Assembly (NCBI GenBank): GCA_012295275.1
Contig: CM022665.1
Span: 10,416,001 to 10,480,000 of the forward strand
Direction of reading: 5' to 3'
Length of the DNA: 64,000 nt
From: Chrysomallon squamiferum
Taxonomy: Eukaryota > Animalia > Mollusca
The notes under the pieces were generated by a model. The model saw only the letters and a program-made list of their open reading frames with translations. It was not told the DNA's origin and made no database searches. A program made the position numbers and the translations under genes. This document shows, in pieces, positions 12,474 through 25,630 of this stretch (the first letter of the stretch is position 1; every line of letters starts with the position of its first letter).

Positions 12474-13651
12474 ATCGTACGTTACTACAACACCTTTACA
12501 AAGCAGTTCTCTAAAATTATCAAACCGTTTTGTATTAGGCAATTTAACCCCGAAAGAGATTTCTGAAAAGCCTTATTTAATGGTCCCTACTGATGTGTTT
12601 TCTCAGCAGGGTGCCCTACTCTCGCGGTATTTGAAGTTGAATAAACGTGCTTGAGAGCGGTCTCGAGTATGTTTTTATGATTAATCGAAGTAGCTGGTCG
12701 AAAAGAGAAAAATATATGTCAGTCAAAATACGTTTCAGCACTCGAACATTCAGCGTCTGTTAAAAGGAATTAATGATATTTGATTTTCTCTGATGAAGTC
12801 GTTAAGTCAAGATAAGTCTGCAAACAAATCAAAGATCTGAAGAGCAGAACATTTTTGTTGTTATTGTTGTGGCTATTTTATGGGTGTTGTTTTTTAAAAA
12901 GACAGGTGTATATTTATTTTATTTTATTTTATTTTATTTTATTTTATTTTTTTTTTTTTTTTTTTTATTCATTTACGTATTTATTTATTTATTTTATTTT
13001 ATTTACTTATTTATTTAATTAAATTCCTTTCTTTTATTATTTATATATATCTTTTTTTCATTCTTCGAATGAGGTAGTATGTTTTTCAGTGACTTTAAAA
13101 AATATATATATATTTAACACTGTAAATGCAGATTATTTTGCATGTATCAGTAAATATAAATCACAGAAGTCTACACAAATGTTTTATATATATATATATA
13201 AATAACGATTGTTAAGTGGATGTACAAAAAAAAAAGACTATAAAATGAAAAAGCTTTTTTTGTTTTTTTTTTAACGATATTGAAAATATTACTGACGAGA
13301 AATATGTTTAAGAACATTCTGAATATGTTGTTCTATTTTTTTATTTTAATGTTTAGGATTTATCTCTTTTTTTTTTACTGTTAGAAGATATTACTTGCTA
13401 GAATATTTAACGGTAATTCTGAAAATTTCTTTCATTTTGTTTTACAGTTAGATCTTTTGGAGTATCTTTCATGTTTAGTTCTTTTTTTCGGGTTTTGAAG
13501 ATTTATTTATGTTTGACTGTTGTCACTGTGTTTGTTTTTGTCTAGGGTTTTTTTTAGTTTTTTTTAGTTTTTTGGTGGGTTTTTTGGTAGTTTTTGTATG
13601 TTTTTGTTTTATTTAGGTTTTTTTAGTTACTGCAATTAACATTTACAGTAA

Positions 13652-13743
13652 ATATCTGTGTATCTATCTCTCTCTCTGTTTATCATCTACATCTGTCTGT
13701 CTATCGATCTATCTGTATGTCTATTTATATATCTATCTATCTG

Positions 13744-13792
<49 letters not shown>
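13652..13792. repeat. (ATCT)n-like tract followed by (AC)n
   Basis: Seen directly. Confidence 0.93.
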
Positions 13793-13796
<4 letters not shown>

Positions 13797-14368
13797 CCAA
13801 ACAATAACTATTACTGTATCTAGTTCTGGTCTGAAGATTTTATTTCTGTAAGACTGTCGCATTTTTCTGACACTTAAATTGTTTTGTTATCGCAAAACCA
13901 TCCATTACAGTTTTGTCAACCTCTCTACGTATTATCTTTCACTAAGCTGAATAAAGTTTCAAAACACTTAGCATATGTTGTTAACCTGCTCTTCTGTTTA
14001 AGGAAAAAAAAAAAAAAAAAAAAAAAGAACGAAAAAAAAAAAAAAAAAAAAACAGCGAGAGGCTCTAAACTACAAAGAAAACAAGTAAACAGATAACAAT
14101 TTTTACAGGTTTTGGATTTTAAAAAATGACGTTTTAACTGCCAATAACAAAACCAAAACCCGATGATCGTTGAAATGCTTTACGTATACTAAAACTGTCT
14201 TAGAAAGAGCATCTTGTAATATAAAAAAAAAAAAAAAAAATTCGGAATCGTATGTGTTTGTTTCACACTATTTTTAAGGGTAGTTATTTTTTATTTAGTA
14301 TTTTTTTTTTTTTTTTTTTTTAATGATAATATTCTTTATTCTTTATTCTTTATTCTTTATTCTTATTC

Positions 14369-14411
<43 letters not shown>

Positions 14412-14430
14412 TTATTATTATTATGCTTTT

Positions 14431-14560
14431 ATTTTACTTTGTTTTTAACTAATTTCATCGATGTTTTAAATTATTCCAAGGTCATGAGAGTATCAGAAAT
14501 GGTCTGTAAGGATCTATAATTATTATTCATGTTGTTGTTGCTGCTGCTGCTGCTATTTTT
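14431..14560 (+). repeat. Dispersed ~130-bp direct repeat, copy 1
   Basis: ATTTTACTTTGTTTTTAACTAATTTCATCGATGTT...CATGAGAGTATCAGAAATGGTCTGTAAGGATCTATAATTATTATTCATGTTGTTGTTGCTGCTG matches 21317-21442. Confidence 0.92.
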
Positions 14561-17500
14561 TTTTTTTTAATTATTGATTTATCCTTTTTTGTGTCTTTGT
14601 TTGTTTTCGGGTTTTTTTGCGTGTTTTTTTTTTTTTTGTTGTTGTTGTTGTTGTTTTTTTGTGTGTGTGTGTGTTGTTGTTTTTTGCAATCACTGTGTGA
14701 CGTTATTTGTTCAGAATAGAAAATAACTCTGAAATATCGAAAAATTTCTTAAAAAGCATTGTACACTCGTCTTAATATAGTTAACCATCCATTCTACATA
14801 TGTAATAATCAAATTGCCAAATGTTTGCCTAAGAGCCGAAGGGCTTAAAGATGATAAAATGTTCTGTAAAGATATGAAAATAATGAATGGCAGTGAAACT
14901 GTATTTATTTATTTTTTTTTTACCACAAACATTTTTCCTTTTTGTTTCAGTTACTAATATTTGATGGACTCATCAATATTGCCGCTTGCCATATGAAAAT
15001 ACTTCAGGATCCTAAACTTTTTTAAATTTAGCATACTACTTGAGATGATTATTGTTGAAAAGATTTTAATTATGTTCTGATGTTAATATTTTGTAAATTA
15101 GACTCTATTTAAAAAAAAAAAAAAAAAAAAAAAACCCCATTAATTAGAATGTTTCTTTCTACCGTTCTGATTCGTGCCTGATGTTAATTCTGCCTGTTCT
15201 TTTTTCTTTCAGACTGAAGATAAGAAGATAACTTATCTTTCCTTCTGTTTGACAGACTTGTTTATTGTTACTTTCTTCATACAGTTCATCTTTGCAGGTT
15301 GTAAAAGCATGTGTGAATGCACACAAACGAATATCAAAAACATAATAATATTACTAAACGCCTTTGAATAGTAAACAAATAAACTTGACGCAAACTTTTG
15401 AAAAAAATCCAGAAAAAAAAACAACAACAATTTATTTAGTAAAATGACTGCTGTGTGTCAGAATTAAAAAAGATAAGAGATCAGAAACACGACTGAAATT
15501 TAATTTTAACACTATATAATATCAAACAAAACTTGCTGATGATTTTTTTTATTTTTGTGAACTCGGTGGAACCGATATGCATGGAACACTTCACAAAAAT
15601 TACTTCGTGAACGACAACTTAAACCTTGCTCTTACGTTTCTGTATGAAGCGGTTTATGTTGTCAAATATGATTCACGCAATGATAAAAACCGCAACTGAA
15701 TAAATTCGACAACTGAATTAATTATCTCCCAGACGCGCAGACTTGGCGGCGATTAATGGACTTGTGGCACATAATACAAACTTGATAGACGAACAGACAC
15801 GAGAGAAAGAGACAGCCTCGACCCGTAACAGTACACATGAAAGAAAATACATTCTCTTCAGCCGAGTGGTCATTTTTAACAAGCGAGACGTTTTTAAAAG
15901 CTGTGTCATTTTCGCGAAGTGTTGTCAAATTGTTCTTGATACTTTTCAGGTAAGAGTCCTCGAAGAACTCTTTGATGGACGGTATTAAGAAAACTGTCTT
16001 TGATGCACGGTTTTAAAAAAATAAATAAATAAATAAAAAAAAAAATGAAAAAAAAAAATAGCAAGCGGAGAAAATTTATATGCTGTTTTCAAGACCACAA
16101 ACTGGGCAATGCTTGCGATGTTAATTTCCAAAAATCGCATGGGTTCCGTTTATTTGTGTTTTAAGGTTGCTAGCATGTTTTTTTATTGTCAGCTTCAATG
16201 AATTTTTTTCTTTTTTTTTAAATCTATTTTCTTTTGTAAGTTTGTCGCTCGCTACTGCTGCTGTTATTATTATTCATTTTATTTTATTTTTTATTTTATT
16301 ACTGTTTATTTGTTTTGGAGCTATAAAAAATAGAATTTATATTGACCTTATATATTTCGGGTAATTTTTATAAAGATTGTTATTGTCATTGTGAATTGTA
16401 TCATATGCAGTAACAGCGTCAGAAAATTATAACTCTATAAAAAGATATTACTTTAGTCTCGCTATCTGATTTTATATATGTTGTGTGTGTGTCTATAAAA
16501 AGATGTAAGATGTCATAATGCATACATATATTAGTCACATATCTGATAATATACAAAAATAATATGTATATATATATATATATGTGTTTGTGTGTATTAC
16601 TTTAGTATACATATTGTGTGTGTATGTGTGTTTTGTGATGGTCAAGACTTCAGTAAATAGTTTGTCTTTCAGTCTATTCAGCTATCACTATGTAGAGTTC
16701 TCTTACTTGTCATTGTAAGTTATTTATTGTCACTACCCACAAGTAAGGAAGACAGACAATCACAGAGACAACCATTAATTATATGGAGAAAAGCGATCTC
16801 TCTCCGAATTAGTTCATATATGTCAATTTTAACATTCGTTTAACCGTGAAAAATATTTAAATAAAATACATTTCTCGATTAATAACAGCACCTTCTCTCC
16901 GATATTCACGCACAAATAAACAAATAAATAATAACAACAATAAAACAAAATAGTGTGAATTTCATTTCGATAATCGGGCCGATTACACTAAATCGATTTC
17001 ACGCTCCAATTATTTTGATGACATCGCAATACCTGGTAGGTTTTTTTGGGGGGGGGCTTTTTTTCACAATCTTCTTTTCTTCATCAGATATACGCACAGT
17101 GATATATACCGGTCAAAACACGAGTTTAGCGGAGAAGAAGAACTAAGGAGAAGGGAAAAACGTGTAATTTAGTAAATTACACGTGAAATTATTTAACAGC
17201 ACTGGACAAAGGGAGGAAGTTTTGGCCTCACATGCCTCGATTGTGAACATTTGTTGTCTCTTGTTTTCTTTCTTTATATCAGTGAAGCTGTAACGATACC
17301 CCGTCGTCTTCCCGCTGTATCTGTTGTTTGTACTATTTATCTTGTAAAGGATTCTGTCCACTTGGATGATTTTTTTTCTTCTGTATTTTGTTATGTCTTT
17401 AGGGCATTAGTAGTATGTCTGTTCAAATTCAGAGTGTTATGTAAGATATAGGACAGTTGATTTTCTATATACGTACATGCATACATATATACACCATGTA

Positions 17501-18540
17501 TACATAGTTTACATATATACATGCATACAAACATACATACAAACATACATACACCCACACATGCACACACACACACAAATGCGCTTAAAAGAATTCTTCT
17601 GCTGGTTACAAAGTATGTCACATTTAGCATTTTGTCTCTTTTACCAAGATAGATAGATTAATGCCGATTATTCTTTTTACACATTTTAACATGCATGCAT
17701 ACATTGTTGTTAATTGAATTAGGACGATAAGCAACACTAAAACTAAATTATCATAATGCCTTTGTCTCTTCACCATATTTTTTTTTTTTTTTTCCTTATT
17801 TTATTTCATTAATTGCTGTTCTCTTCTCTTTTATTCTTACGTTTATTTATTTTTGATTATTATTATTTATTTATTTTTTACCTTTGGAGATCAGTCTTAT
17901 ATCTTAACATTTTTATTTTATTTTATTTTGATTATGGTTATGATGCAGTTGATGATTGTTTTATTATTATTATTATTCCTTCTTTCTCTCTTATATTTAT
18001 TTATTTATTAATTTATCATCATCATCATCATTGATTTATTCATTTAATTTTTTTTTTTTTTTTTTTTTTTTTTATTTTTTTTATTATTATTTTTTTTTGT
18101 TTTTGAACAGCTGAGGTGACAGATCACACAAAGAACACCTGGAATCGGTTTCTAGGTTGGAACGGGAAACGGCTGAGTGTTTAAAACAAAAACTAATCTG
18201 TTAGATGTTTGTGCTGGTTTGTGGATTGCGGGAAGGTGTTATGTCCATCAACGTGGCTTATCTGTTTGAAGATGCTTACGGCAGAACACGTGTTCAGGGT
18301 GTTTCCCGAGTTGGCGGCAAAAAGCGACGTTGACATATGCGATAAGTGAAGCTCGTGCCTTGCCAATAACCCGTGTTTACCAAGTACTGATAACCAACTA
18401 TCGCCACAGCAATTTACACAACGCAAGACCTGGGCAATCATCATCGGTAAGGTTTTCACTGGATTAAATCATTTTTTATACTTTACTTTCTGGTCTTTGT
18501 TCTTTTTAGAGATTTTTTTTTTTTTTTTTTTTTTAAGTTA

Positions 18541-19332
18541 AAAACTGATAAGCAAACTTTGAGTTCAGTGCGTTTTGTATCAATACATTTTTTTTTTTTT
18601 TTTTAGATTTCTATTGGTGTGTGTGTGTGCGTGTGTGCGTGCATGTGTGTTGTTGCTGTTATAGTTTAAAATAGTAAACTCTGAGCTCAGTTCGTTATCT
18701 GGTTAGAATATTTAACAATGAGCAAGAAAAAATTAAATATATGCACGCACACACGCGCACACATTTGTGTTCTCCGTTAATTCTAAAATTGTTACGTTGT
18801 TCACGTTGTTGTATTCATACACTAGTGAACAAGCTCTAAGTCCCCTGCGTTGTGTTGTTAACATTTTATCAATAGTAATATATTTTAAATATTATTCTTT
18901 GTTATTTTCTGACTAGTTCGTGCTGCTGCACAATGAACAAACTGATAAACAAGAACAAAATACATATATTAATTTATTTTTTTTTTCTTCACTTTTCTTC
19001 TTGGTTATTTTTTTTCGTTTTTTTTTTTTTTTTTTTTTCCTTGGTGTTGTAGTAGATAGAAAAGATAAGCTCTAACGCAGAAAGTTGTGTAGACAAAATA
19101 TTTAATCATCAAGAAGAAAAAACTCCTCATTTAAATTTTCTCTGTTTTTTTTTTTTTTATCACCTTCAATTGACTGACTATCTTTCTTTTTTTTAAATTA
19201 TTTTCCATTGTTGTTCATTATGTAGTACTTGTGAAGCTGTAAAATGAAAATTAAATTAAAATTTCTGAACTCTTTAGTTCAGTTTTAAATCATATTTAAC
19301 GATCAAGAACAAGAATTCTGATTTAAAATTCT
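18541..19332. repeat. Ancient degenerate tandem repeat, about 5 cores
   Basis: A recurrent core approximating AA(A/G)CTCT(G/A)AG(T/C)TCAG..GTT...AATATTTAACAATCAAGAA..AAAATT occurs near 18550, 18675, 18830, 19066 and 19267. Confidence 0.6.
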
Positions 19333-20258
19333 TACTTCATTTTCATTATCTTCCTTTGTTGTGGTTATTGATGCCGTCGTTGTTGTTCTTGTAGCAATAA
19401 ACATTGATATGATCAGTGCATCGAATAACTGAAATAGTTTATGCTATTTCATAACAATAACCAAATCTCTAAAATTAATTTACTTTACCTTCAAAATAAT
19501 ATTAGTCGTTGTTGTTCATTTTGTTACTACAACAGACAAAATGAGCATAAGAAATGCGCTGTAAAGTTAAATATCTAAAATGTTCTGTATAAATTCTAAA
19601 ATATTTTATTTTTATTTTTTATTTTTTATTTTTTTTACGCGAAGCTTAATATTACTTTACTAACAAAATATACATGTGGGACAACATTATTACATGTATT
19701 AGATTTTTTTTTTTGAAAACTATGGACGGTTTAAAACAAAGATACGATGTCCATCTCTCCAGTGTCAGCAAGTTTTATTTTATTAAGTTACAGTGTTGTG
19801 GGTTAATTATTTAACATCGTAAATAATTAGAACCAGCAGTTAATTCTCGTGTAACGTCATTCTGAGCAAGAGGTTAATTAACAATTAGTAAATCATCCGG
19901 TGCAGAGGTTAATTGATGCCTAGTAAATCTTTCTATTAAATCTGTTCTGTTTCCGCCATTCGTATGAGTCAGCCAGATTCCATAGTGTGTAGTAAGTAAT
20001 AGGAAGTGGGAAAAAAAACGTGGAATTCGTATAAAAGAGAGGGGATCTGCGTTTTCAAAAGATTGGTAAATTAAGTTATAACAGTGGAAATCAATTTTAA
20101 AAATTTTATTTGGTGTTAAATCAGACAACTTTCTTAATCTGATAAGAAACTACTAAATATATTTTTTAATATTTTAATTTTTTGCAGCAATTTCATTCAA
20201 AAATTCAAATTTTGTAATAAACCATAATTCTAATATTAAAGACAACAGAACAGAGACC

Positions 20259-20260
<2 letters not shown>

Positions 20261-20323
<63 letters not shown>
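20261..20323. repeat. (CT)n microsatellite
   Basis: Seen directly. Confidence 0.97.
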
Positions 20324-20327
<4 letters not shown>

Positions 20328-21269
20328 AAAAGAAAGAAAACAAAATAAAAATAAATATACCGAAGAAAAGAAAAATGATAAAGATCAGTTCTGAAACAAA
20401 CACAAAACTTCTATATTGATAAATTTTGATTGCAGATAACTGACCCACATTTCATGTGTACATACAGTTAAACTATTGTCACCGGTGTCGTGGTTTTTTT
20501 TCAACACCACTCCCATTTGTTCCGTTTATAGCTCGATTTGTTTAAATCATCTGCAAAGCTGCAAGTAAATGAATTCTACAAATATTATCATAGCCCTCGG
20601 AACGGCTGGTATGTTGCGTGTCGACTGTCTCTCTTTTGAAAACGGAATGTGTTCACGTTCATTTTGCTTTGAACGTGCAAGGGATCGTTCTCAAAACGTA
20701 ATAGGTATGTAACATGCAAGTAACATGACCGTCGGAACGTACATTTCAGAGAAACTCAAATTCCTAGTGTGCCGTACATTTTTGTAATGTATGATTATTA
20801 CACGAATGAATCAGAAAAAACAAATGATGAACGTGTCTTATATTTGCGTAATATGACTGAATCAGAGAAAAGAGATATGTATACATTCCGTAATGCATGT
20901 CTGCGTGTGATTAAAAACATGCAGAATGCGCTGTATAGTTTTACAATATGATAATGTTTATGAGCGTATAGAATAATGGGAAAAGCATGTTAAATATCTG
21001 TACTGTATGACAGATTACACTGGAGTATTTAGAGGGGGCGAGGGACTGATCACATGGTTGCAGTTGTTGTCTGCATATACAGTGATGTAATATTTGTACT
21101 GTTTTTGGTTTGTTTTGTGCTTTTGGTTGTTGTTTCAAGGGGTTTTTTTCTTTTCTCTTCTGGCACAGATTTTCCAATAATTTTCATTTTAAAAATATAA
21201 TCATCATTATCGCTGCTACTACTACTACCACCACTACCTGTGCTGCTGCTACTACTACTACTACTAACG

Positions 21270-21316
<47 letters not shown>

Positions 21317-21318
<2 letters not shown>

Positions 21319-21442
21319 TTTACTTTGTTTTTTAACTAATTTCATCAATGTTCTAAAGGCATGAGAGTACCAGCAATTGTCTATAAGGCACTATAATTAT
21401 TATTCATGTTGTTGTTGCTGCTGATGATGCTGCTATTTTTTT
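21317..21442 (+). repeat. Dispersed ~130-bp direct repeat, copy 2
   Basis: Matches 14431-14560 with scattered substitutions and a short deletion. Both copies are preceded by (ATT)n and followed by poly(T). Confidence 0.92.
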
Positions 21443-22261
21443 TTTTATTATTATTATTTATTCATCTTCTTTTATTTCTCAGATATTTCTCTAAACGAAA
21501 ACCCCAAACCCCACCCCCCGAAAAAACAACAAAAAACAAAACAAAAAATAAACCCCACAAAAATCTCCAGCGATACTGAGAAAAAGAACAAGAAGCTTTT
21601 CTCAGTGTCCTTTCATATAAAACTTCAAATCTCCGAGGATATTGGTAAAGCCTGTTTATTCCTGCACAGAAAAGCCCCAGCATTAGTTTAAAGACAAGCA
21701 GAAAGCCAACGTGGCCGTTTTAAGGTTCAGTCAATGTTTACCTCACCGCCAAGTTTTCTTGGCCGATTCTCATGCATGTATTTGTTGATTCTTTCTTATG
21801 TGTTTGTTTAACTAGTTCTTACGTGTTTATTTGCCTTGCTCTTATTTCTTTCGGTTACACTGTTTTCCCCCTCATCCATCATTATTCTAACTAGACGCAA
21901 CTGAACAAACGATTTCGAATTCCTTTTTGCACGGCTGAACCACTGCCGATGTCTTTACGGTCGATTCAGAAACGTTCGGAAGCTTTGCTCCCCTCCTCAA
22001 ATACGAGACACGGCGAGGGAAAGTTATGTTTAACTCAACATAAATATTTGCTGAAATTATTTATTGGCCACGGCTGTGCATAACTGGAATTCAAAATGGT
22101 GCCAAACGATGTCTGTGACAATTGTGTGAAGATCAAATGAAAACAGATTTTGCCTGGAAGAGGTCATCACGACACGACCAGTGTTGGACTTTGTTTTGAA
22201 TTCCTTTCAGTTATTTTTTTAAAGGAAGCGTGTGTTAGAAGAACGACTCGCTGAAAGAAGA

Positions 22262-22313
<52 letters not shown>

Positions 22314-23740
22314 TAAAGGATGTTGTTTTATCCTATCTCTTTTAATTTTATTGTAATCTGTAACTATGTGTTTGTTTTATATTGTTGCATGGTATTATTT
22401 ACTTACTTATTTATTTATTTATTTATTGTTTATTTTATTATTATTATTTTTTTTTATTAGTCATCTTTATTTGTTTTTTAAATATTTTTTTGGGGGGTAT
22501 TTTTTTTTGGCGGGGGTTGTTGTTGTTTTGTTTGTATGATAGTACCAGGTAGTAGATAAGTATTTTTTACCTCTTTTTTTTTTTTCTTCTTCTTCTTTTT
22601 CTTTTTTTTTTTTTTTTTTCTTTTAAGATTATTAACTTACTTTGTATTCCTTTATTATTCATTACAATATAGATTTTCTATTTTTATCAGTTATTTCTCT
22701 GGGAATAAGGTCAGAATGTATACTTGACAACAATGTATGGTACGTTCTGTAAGGGAAAATAACAAAGGTACTATTGACCAGGCTCTCAATACCAAGCAGA
22801 AGTTAAATGGAAACTACAAGATCCGCATGGTTCCGGAACAAAAATCCGGATTAACTAACAAAATCTGTGACAAAGGCGAAACCTGTAATTGTGACGAGTC
22901 AATAAAACGGGCTTCAAGTAGTTTGTTTAGTGTGCAGATAATCAAAAATAAATGTCACGTTTGTTTTCTTCGCCTTTCCTTTAATTGCTACCCAGTCAAT
23001 TACAACAAGCCCACAGCGGAAACGGGCTTTATTAGTGTGTGAAAGACATGCTCAACGTTGTTCCTGAGTAAATGTTAGACCGTTTCCATGATGTAAATCT
23101 GGATTTAATCTGCAAGTGTTATTCCGCCTCTGAAAATAGTTCCTTCGTTCGCTGTTTATTAACGGTGGTAAACGTAGACTTGATTGGACATCTGTGTTCT
23201 CACGTGTAGACAGACACAGTTAATCGTACGACTGCTCCAATTTCTTTATTTACATTTCTTCCAGACACCCCTGAAAATCAATGTTTGTGCTGGGGTGTCG
23301 TTAAAAGTCATGTGTCCATTCAGTCATTCTTTACATGTGTGTCAGTGTGAGTGTCTCTGCGCGCGCGCGCGTTTGTGTGTGTATTTCTGTGCGTGTGTGT
23401 GTGTGTGTATTTCTGTGCGTGTATGATTTCTTCACTTCGAAACAAAATCGGCTACCAAGCCATCTTATCAGCACTATAGACCCTCTGTCAAAGCAATACA
23501 TTGGGATCCTTGCATAAATAACCACGAAAAATATATATTTACACAAAGCCACGGCATACGTGGATTGCATAGACCTCTAGACCAGTGGAGTCGATGGGCA
23601 GCCGTCCAGTGTTCACTTGCCTCACAACTGCGTCCTCCCTATGTCTCTTTGCATATTCATTTTGCAGACATCATTTTATTTCTCTTCTCTTTCACAGCGT
23701 AAGTTTCAAAGTATATTAATCGCTGCTCTAAGACTGGTTT

Positions 23741-23950
23741 GTAATAATAATAACAATAATAAAAACAACAACAACAATAACAAAAATATAAGTAACAATA
23801 GCAATAATAATAACAATAATAACAGAAACAGTAACTAACAGTAACAACAACAATAACAATAAGAATAATAATAACAACAACAACAGTAACAGTAACAAAA
23901 ACAACAATAACAATAATAATAACAGTAACAACTACAACAATAGTAATAAA
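23741..23950. repeat. Degenerate (AAC/AAT/AGT)n trinucleotide tract
   Basis: Seen directly. It is the source of the poly-N, poly-L and poly-V ORFs. Confidence 0.93.
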
Positions 23951-24303
23951 ATTCACTGATACAGTATAAGTATAAACGACTTTGTAATTCTAACAGTTTT
24001 ATTGTCACACAGGATTACTGTAGTCCTGCCAAAATCGACCCAGAAATGAAACCATTATCTTAGCGTATTGCAGCGTTCACTAAACCTTAGACCCTGCCTT
24101 ACCTGCTGGCTGTAATTTGAGTTTAATTTGAAAGTTTTATAGGTACGTGCTTTGACACCTTAAACAAGTGCACCTGGGTACTACAATAATGGCAGGATTA
24201 ACGATAATCTCTACCTCTGACAGGTTAATCCCAAATTACGGAGTAAAATTTGACTTCGATTCTTTAAATTAAACTTCTGTGAATCCATTACGTTAATTAT
24301 ATA

Positions 24304-24342
<39 letters not shown>

Positions 24343-24513
24343 CTCGAACAAGAAAATAAAATAAAATCCCTAGGTTTGACTCTGTGTGTGTATGTATGTA
24401 TTTTAGGATTTTGAATATTTTCTGTCTTATGTACGTCTGCACATAGACAATATTTGGGAATGCACTGGCGCAGGATGACAAAGTCCAGTCACGACCTCAT
24501 AAAACTCCGTCAG

Positions 24514-24586
24514 ATGCCGCTGACGAGACTCGAACGTATTGCCCACACTCAGAAGGCGGACGATGTTATCGTTCGGCCATCAACAA
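24514..24586 (-). mobile_element. tRNA(Arg)-like SINE head or tRNA pseudogene
   Basis: Minus strand TTGTTGATGGCCGAACGATAACATCGTCCGCCTTCTGAGTGTGGGCAATACGTTCGAGTCTCGTCAGCGGCA has an A-box-like TGGCCGAACG, a CT-TCT-GA anticodon-loop-like 7-mer and a B-box-like GTTCGAGTC at tRNA-like spacing. The stems are broken, so it is not a functional tRNA. Confidence 0.55.
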
Positions 24587-24622
24587 AACCTTGAAAAAGA
24601 TTGCTCAGTAACCGAGGGTATT

Positions 24623-24789
24623 TATGTATGTATGTATGTATGGGTGTACATGTATGTATGTATGTATATATGATGTATGCATATGTTTGTGTATATATAC
24701 ACACACGTACGTATATAAACACACACCCATTTAAAATAAAATATATACATTTTTATACATAAATATAAATACACATACACAGACATACA

Positions 24790-24847
<58 letters not shown>

Positions 24848-24870
24848 ATGCACACACACACGTACATATA
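24623..24870. repeat. Compound (ATGT)n/(AT)n/(AC)n microsatellite region
   Basis: Seen directly. Confidence 0.9.
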
Positions 24871-25069
24871 ATAATATCTCTCTTGTCACTATGTGAAAAG
24901 TAAAGGCTTTGGCACGACTCACAAAACACAATATGGGTCACATGATTTTTTAAATGATTTACTTTCACATAAAACCAGACGTTTATTTCAACATATGTGT
25001 CAGACGCGTGTTTTATGAGATTTTTTTTTTTTTTTTTTTTAAATTCGTAATAAAGTAAAATTAAAATTT

Positions 25070-25084
25070 AAAAAAAAAAAAATA

Positions 25085-25147
<63 letters not shown>

Positions 25148-25280
25148 AAGGATGGATGAAAGAATGAAAGAAATAAAAACCTGACGCATAAGAAAGAATG
25201 AAAATAAAGAAAAAAGAACAAGCAATTAATTTTTAATGACGTGAATATCATTTTATGCTAATGAATATTTGGTTTCAAAC

Positions 25281-25328
<48 letters not shown>

Positions 25329-25630
25329 TTAAAATATTTTTAAAAATTAAAAAATTAAAAATAAATAAATAAAAATAATTAAATAGAAAGAAAGGGAAAG
25401 AAGGCGTGAAGGAAAGAAAAACGAAGAATGGAGCAGGGAATAAAGAAGGAAAAAAGGGAAAGGAAAAATAAATAATGCAGGAAGGACCAAAAACGAAGAA
25501 AGAAAAGAATAAAAGAATAAGGGAGAGAAATGAAAAAAAAAAAAAAGGAAAAGAAGGAATGAACAAAAGAAAGAAGGAAGATACAGAAGAAAAGAGGTTG
25601 AAAGTAAAAACGAAAGCAAGAGAAAAGCAA
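25070..25630. repeat. (AG)n, a ~44-nt poly(T) and a purine-rich low-complexity tract
   Basis: Seen directly. It explains the F/S/L-rich and K/E/R-rich ORFs at 25039-25816. Confidence 0.9.

Noticed and set aside
24514-24586. Functional tRNA-Arg(TCT) gene
   Set aside because: The D, anticodon and T stems have multiple mismatches and the D-loop GG is lost. It is kept only as a SINE head or pseudogene.
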